In this document: positions 59,044 through 64,000 of the stretch, piece by piece | How positions within the stretch are numbered: the first letter of the stretch is position 1 | Layout: each line of letters begins with the position of its first letter | Assembly (NCBI GenBank): GCA_963702005.1 | Contig: OY969696.1 | Span: 3,552,001 to 3,616,000, forward strand | Direction: 5' to 3' | Origin: Candidatus Aminicenantes bacterium | GTDB lineage: Bacteria; Acidobacteriota; Aminicenantia; Aminicenantales; JAFGBC01 | Length of the DNA: 64,000 nt | The notes under the pieces: model-generated | Told to the model about the DNA's origin: nothing | The model's database searches: none | What the model saw: the letters and a program-made list of their open reading frames with translations, nothing else | Made by a program: the position numbers and the translations under genes

Positions 59044-59892
59044 TTAGCTTTTCATTGATAAGTTCGAAATGAGCGATCTTGTTCTCAGTTTCTTTCTTTT
59101 TAATTCAAGATAGTGATTCTTAATGAGTTCATAATATTTCGAGTCACTATTTTCCTTTAAATATCTCTCATAACTTCTCATTGCCTCATCAATATGTTCA
59201 TCTAGAGGAGAATTGTTTAAACCATATAAATAAACTTGTAAATAGTCGTTAACTTTTTCTTCGGCGGCATTTCTTATATATTGACAATTAATATTTCCTA
59301 ATTTATTTAAATACTGATCATACCTTATAATTTTTATTCTCAATTGGTCCCAAGGAATGATAAGTCCACCATCTTCTTCATAGCCTTCTTTAATATCTTC
59401 TGACTCTATTTTAAAATATTCAAGAATTATCTCAGGTAAAGAATCCTTGAATTTCTTACACATATAAATCGGATTAAAATATAAGAACACATCTCCCTCT
59501 CCGTATCCGATACCTAGCCCGTTATCATCTAAATAAATAGCAAATTCTCTAATCGAATTATCAGCATTATTAGAGAAACTAACCCTCAGGTTTTGAAAGA
59601 TTCCTTGTTCTTCAATTTTCCTACCAAGCTCCTTGTCTTCTCTAAATCCTTCATTTAATACAGATAAAGCTTTTTGCCAATAATTCATATACTTTTCCAA
59701 ATTACCGCACAAATCTTTATATTCTTTCTTTTCAGAAAATATTTTAATATATTTTAATGTTTCCTCTTTTATGTTTACTTGCGCAGCCTTTGATAAAAAC
59801 GATCCCTCGTCCTGATACGCACTTGATATCAAGAAAATAACCAAGGGTGTCAATGAAACAGTCTGCAACATATGTTTGATATTGTTTTGCAT
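59044..59892 (-). CDS. Putative exported immunity protein (very low GC); start uncertain (59892 or 59871)
   Basis: AT-rich ORF directly downstream of and overlapping an RHS C-terminus; hydrophobic N-terminal stretch. Confidence 0.6.
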   Translation of the reverse strand: MQNNIKHMLQTVSLTPLVIFLISSAYQDEGSFLSKAAQVNIKEETLKYIKIFSEKKEYKDLCGNLEKYMNYWQKALSVLNEGFREDKELGRKIEEQGIFQNLRVSFSNNADNSIREFAIYLDDNGLGIGYGEGDVFLYFNPIYMCKKFKDSLPEIILEYFKIESEDIKEGYEEDGGLIIPWDQLRIKIIRYDQYLNKLGNINCQYIRNAAEEKVNDYLQVYLYGLNNSPLDEHIDEAMRSYERYLKENSDSKYYELIKNHYLELKRKKLRTRSLISNLSMKS

Positions 59893-60593
59893 AGTTCGCA
59901 AGGATCGTAATAATCTTCCCAACCTGATCCGCCGCATACTCCTCCTTTATCATTTGGGTCGGTGTCAACATGATAGTGTTGTAGTATTCTATGTTTACAT
60001 ACTCTTTTAAATCCGCACTTTTTTGCAGCAGCTAAAACCTTACACGACCAAACGTGATCCATGCCGTGTCTCGTTCCGGAAATATCGGCTGCGTCTCCAG
60101 TCCAGTGTGCCGATGTTGGATCTCCCCAAAACCTCCTTCCCTCGGTAACCGTGAAATCAAAACCTCCTATTTTCTGTTGTAAACAGTCCAACCTGGATTC
60201 CACATCTGGGTTTGCTGGCCATACAGTTCTCGGATCCCACGGAGGAGTTTTATAATGCCAGAGCCCCGATGGATCATTACATAGAACTGGATTGTTAGGC
60301 ACATAAGAATAAAAACTTCCGCCTTTTCTAGGCCTGAATAAATCTCTGCTCACAAACCTCCCCAGCCCCGGATCCAAATACCTCGCCCTGTAGAAATACC
60401 TCCCCTCCTCCGCGAATTCCCGTCCCGTATATCCATAACTATTGCCGACAGTCACACTTGAAGCACGGAGCTCTCCCCATGCGCCGTAGCTGTATGAATT
60501 CTGCCCGGTTCCCCTCGCGTCCGCCAATTCCCTGATACTCCCCAATCCGTCACCAAAATAATAGCTTTTTGCTCCGCTCCTGTCCAGCATCAC
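59850..60593 (-). CDS. Orphan RHS tip with peptidase M15-like (LAS) C-terminal toxin
   Basis: RHS core end, PVLCNDPSG, then SAHWTGDAADIS (SxHxxGxAxD) and HYHVD. Confidence 0.75.
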   Translation of the reverse strand: MMLDRSGAKSYYFGDGLGSIRELADARGTGQNSYSYGAWGELRASSVTVGNSYGYTGREFAEEGRYFYRARYLDPGLGRFVSRDLFRPRKGGSFYSYVPNNPVLCNDPSGLWHYKTPPWDPRTVWPANPDVESRLDCLQQKIGGFDFTVTEGRRFWGDPTSAHWTGDAADISGTRHGMDHVWSCKVLAAAKKCGFKRVCKHRILQHYHVDTDPNDKGGVCGGSGWEDYYDPCELCKTISNICCRLFH

Positions 60594-60743
60594 GTGATCG
60601 TGTTAGACAAACCGCCGCCGTAGTTGCCGATCATCTATCGTCATCGCAGCGTTTTCTTCTGGAATTGGCGGGGCATTTCCTTTATCATTGCCTATGGCCC
60701 GAGGGGGTCCCGGACGCCCCTTAGGGCGACGGGAGATAGGATC

Positions 60744-61946
60744 ATGAACAGACCGACAAACAGAAAAGGACGCATCGGGATCTTGACCGGGGGCGGCGAC
60801 GTGCCCGGCCTCAACCCCGCCATCCGGGCCGTAACGATCCGGGCCATCCACGAGGGCTACGACGTCGTCGGCATTCGGCGCGGCTGGGGCGGCCTGGTCG
60901 AGATGTCCCGCGACAAGGACCAGGACGGCGAGCACTACCAGCACCTGAGCGAGGAGATCGTCAACAGGACCGGCCGGACGGGCGGGACCTTTATCCACAC
61001 GTCCCGGACGCGGCCCAGCCATATCCCGGACGTCAACCTCCCCGCTCATCTCCGCGACCGCTATAAGGCCAAGGTCAACGACTTGACCGACGAGGTGCTC
61101 AAGAACCTCGACTATCTCGGAATCGACACCCTGATCCCGATCGGCGGCGACGACACCCTGAGCTACGGCGTCCATCTCCATAACAAAGGTGTCAAAGTCA
61201 TCGGCATCCCCAAGACCATGGACAACGATGTTCCGGGGACCGACTACTGCATCGGGTTCTCGACCTGCCTCACCCGGACGATCTCGATGACCCACGCCCT
61301 GCGCACGACGGCCGGTTCCCACGAGCGCTTCCTGGTCATCGAGATCTTCGGCCGCTACGCCGGATTCACGGCGCTGCTGCCGACCATGGCCGGCGCGGCC
61401 AACCGCTGTCTGATCCCCGAATCGCCCTTCAACGTCGAGAGGCTCTGCGAGCTCATGACCGAGGACCGCCAGGAGAACCCGAGCCTGTACTCGGTCGTCC
61501 TCGTATCGGAGGGCGCCGTCATGGAGGGCGGCGGCATGGTCTTCGAGGACGATGAGAAGGACCAGTACGGCCACCGCAAACTGGGAGGGATCGGCGACCG
61601 CATCTCGCACTTCCTCAAAGATTGTTCCCCCCGATTCAACAACGGCCGCCGGATCAACGTCATCAGCCAGCGTCTGAGCTATATCGTCCGCTGCGGCGAT
61701 CCGGACGCCGTCGATTCGATCGTCCCGATGGCCTTCGGAAACCTCGCCCTGGACCTGATCCTGGACGGCCGGCCGGGCCGCATGGTCTGCTTGAGGAACG
61801 GCCAGTACGACGACGTTCCTATCGAGGTCGTAACCAGCACCAAGAAGGTCGTCGACGTCGACAAGTACTACGATCGGGAGCGGCTCAGGCCCCTCTACAA
61901 GAGCTTCAGCCACAAGCCGTTCTTCATCATGACCAGCGATTTTTAA
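60744..61946 (+). CDS. 6-phosphofructokinase family, probably PPi-dependent
   Basis: TGGGDVPGLN, GGDD and PKTMDND (Asp/Lys signature of PPi use), GR..G. Confidence 0.88.
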   Translation: MNRPTNRKGRIGILTGGGDVPGLNPAIRAVTIRAIHEGYDVVGIRRGWGGLVEMSRDKDQDGEHYQHLSEEIVNRTGRTGGTFIHTSRTRPSHIPDVNLPAHLRDRYKAKVNDLTDEVLKNLDYLGIDTLIPIGGDDTLSYGVHLHNKGVKVIGIPKTMDNDVPGTDYCIGFSTCLTRTISMTHALRTTAGSHERFLVIEIFGRYAGFTALLPTMAGAANRCLIPESPFNVERLCELMTEDRQENPSLYSVVLVSEGAVMEGGGMVFEDDEKDQYGHRKLGGIGDRISHFLKDCSPRFNNGRRINVISQRLSYIVRCGDPDAVDSIVPMAFGNLALDLILDGRPGRMVCLRNGQYDDVPIEVVTSTKKVVDVDKYYDRERLRPLYKSFSHKPFFIMTSDF

Positions 61947-63723
61947 CGGCCTCGCCGGAGGCGGCCGGGTCGGGCCCGGCCGATCGCAGGGCCGCCAAGA
62001 TCCCGTGTCGCTTCCAGCGGACGAGGATCCAGACCCCGCTCGCCGCCGTCGCCGCAAAGATAGGAAAGAACAACTCCCATCGTCTACCCAGCAGCGTCGT
62101 CAGGGACGCGACTAACCCCAAGCAGAATACGACTCCCAGAACGCCGTCGGCCAGATCCTTGAGGTTTGCCCGGGCGATCGACGCCCGCTCCGCCGTGGGA
62201 ATCCCCCGCGCGACGGGCCCCCAGAGACCGGGCGGCCGGCAAGTCCGGTAGAATTCCCCAAGCGTGGCCGGCGACTCGGCGGGGGTCAGGAGGTCCAGCC
62301 CGACGATGACCAGCCAGCCCAGGCCGAACAGGATCAGGAACCCCTGCCAGTAAGGATGGCGGGCGGGATCGGAGAAGCCGAGCGGGAACCAGACCAGATA
62401 GGACAGGGGCAGCCCGAGGAGGATGGCAGCCCCCTCCCCGTAGAGGTTGTGCCGCCACCAAAAGAAACGCAGCCAGCTCGTCGGGAGGACGAAGGCGATC
62501 GCGACCGAATTGAGGAACAGGAACCAAGCCATCATCCGGGTCACGAAGAAGTAGCCGACGACGGCGCTGACGAGGATGAAGCCGATCGAGGCCAGCCGCC
62601 CGACGAGGACGTAGTGCCGTTCCGAGGCGGCGCGCCTGACGAACGGACGGTAGATGTCGTTGACCAGGAAAGCGCTCTGGCAGTTCATGTGAGTGCTGAC
62701 CGTCGACATGAACGCCGCCAGTTCGGCCGCGACGAGGAGCCCGGTCAGGCCGGGGACCGAATAGCGCGAGATGAGAATCCCCCAAACGTTTTCGGGGTTG
62801 GTCCCGACGGCGGGTAAAACGGCCGCTCCGATGAGCCCCAGGAACAAGAAGGGGACGACCCGGACGACGAGGGTCAGGACGGCGTTGAGCATCTGGCCGG
62901 CTTGGGCGTGGGATTCGTTCCGGGCGGCCATGAATTTCTGGGCGGCGTAGGCCTCGGCCCCGGCCGGCGACGACGCGAAAAACAGGCCTTGGACGAGCAG
63001 GAAGACGAAGGTCATTCCGGCGATCTCTCCGGCCGGGGGAAGCGGCTGGAGGAAGGCAGGGCCTTGTCGGGCGACCACCTCCCGATAGACATGGCCCAAG
63101 CCGCCGACCCTGTGGAGGATGACCGGGACGAGAATGAGGTTGGCGGCCAGGAAGATCCCGAGCTGGGGGATGTCCGTGTAGACGACGCCGTAGAGGCCGG
63201 CGACCGTTCCATAGACGAGGAGGACGCCCAGGGCGAACAGGAACAGCCAGGCCTCCGGCCAATGGAAGATCGGGGCGGTGGCTTTGCTCAGCCAGCGAAG
63301 GGCATAGGCGTTCAGGAGGATGGACCAGCCCAGGCTGATGTAGACCGCGTAAAATCCCCGGAACAGCCTGGCCCGGCGGCCTCCGAAGCGCCGCTCCATG
63401 AACTCGGCCGAGGTCGTAACGCGGAGGCGCCGCCAGAACTTAGCCCAGAGGACGGCGACGAGCGGCATCCAGACGGCGAAGGACAGCCACCACCACCAGT
63501 TGCCGACGAGTCCGTTCCGGTAGACGAGCATGGTGAAGACGGGCGCCGAGGCCGCCCCGGTATGGGTCGCCGAGATGGCGATCCCGACGACCCACCAGGG
63601 CAGGGTCCGCCCGGCGATGAAAAAGCTCTCGGTCGTCCGGCCGGCCCTGCGGAAAAACCAGGCCCCGATCGCGAGCATCGATACGGCATAGAGGATGACG
63701 ACGGTCCAGTCGAGGAAGCGCAT
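61927..63723 (-). CDS. Sodium:solute symporter family transporter
   Basis: FFIAGR.LPWW, QK..AAR.E, AAFMST, ND.Y motifs; many TM helices. Confidence 0.88.
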   Translation of the reverse strand: MRFLDWTVVILYAVSMLAIGAWFFRRAGRTTESFFIAGRTLPWWVVGIAISATHTGAASAPVFTMLVYRNGLVGNWWWWLSFAVWMPLVAVLWAKFWRRLRVTTSAEFMERRFGGRRARLFRGFYAVYISLGWSILLNAYALRWLSKATAPIFHWPEAWLFLFALGVLLVYGTVAGLYGVVYTDIPQLGIFLAANLILVPVILHRVGGLGHVYREVVARQGPAFLQPLPPAGEIAGMTFVFLLVQGLFFASSPAGAEAYAAQKFMAARNESHAQAGQMLNAVLTLVVRVVPFLFLGLIGAAVLPAVGTNPENVWGILISRYSVPGLTGLLVAAELAAFMSTVSTHMNCQSAFLVNDIYRPFVRRAASERHYVLVGRLASIGFILVSAVVGYFFVTRMMAWFLFLNSVAIAFVLPTSWLRFFWWRHNLYGEGAAILLGLPLSYLVWFPLGFSDPARHPYWQGFLILFGLGWLVIVGLDLLTPAESPATLGEFYRTCRPPGLWGPVARGIPTAERASIARANLKDLADGVLGVVFCLGLVASLTTLLGRRWELFFPIFAATAASGVWILVRWKRHGILAALRSAGPDPAASGEAVKNRWS

Positions 63724-63855
63724 GGCGGCGGACAGTTATTAAACCACATCCCGCCCCTTCGTTTCCACCGGGGGGACGAAAGAGATCGCCGGCGGCGTTC
63801 CCCCGATCGTCGAGAGGCTTGACGAAGGCAAAGGTCTTGGATAATATGGACAGCC

Positions 63856-64000
63856 ATGGTTATCATCCTCAAAACCGTCCTCGGCTTTCTGACCTCTCTC
63901 TTCGCGTTCTACTACCTCAGCGACGTATTCCGGAAAAGGAACACGTTTTCGTCGACGCCCTGGCCACGCCTGGCCGGGACGGGATTCATCACCAACCTCC
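63856..64000 (+). CDS. Membrane protein, possibly TauE/SafE (TSUP) family; runs off the window
   Basis: MVIILKTVLGFLTSLFAFYYL...GFITNL. Confidence 0.45.
   Translation, partial: MVIILKTVLGFLTSLFAFYYLSDVFRKRNTFSSTPWPRLAGTGFITNL

Overview
High-GC bacterial chromosomal window. Gene content suggests an anaerobic diderm heterotroph; Aminicenantes/Acidobacteriota-like is a guess. It carries mostly housekeeping and catabolic genes (trpB2, tryptophanase, mtnP, cobB, larC, folE, metG, tsaC, galE, CCA-type nucleotidyltransferase, PPi-type Pfk, glycoside hydrolases, peptidases), a three-gene two-component cluster and several secreted beta-propeller proteins. Four things stand out. (1) Two tandem secreted BNR/Asp-box propeller paralogues each have an in-frame TGA at the equivalent position, followed exactly 11 nt later by a conserved fdhF-like SECIS hairpin, with a conserved Cys 23 residues upstream: a candidate undescribed family of exported selenoproteins. 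(2) An intact IS110/IS1111 element whose ends, CT core, junction promoter and bridge-RNA target/donor guides can be read from the sequence, with an empty target site about 10.7 kb away. (3) A leaderless Trp-Trp leader peptide in front of trpB2. (4) A decaying island of orphan RHS toxin/immunity modules with HicAB and IS21 scars. All calls were made by eye; no database searches were run.
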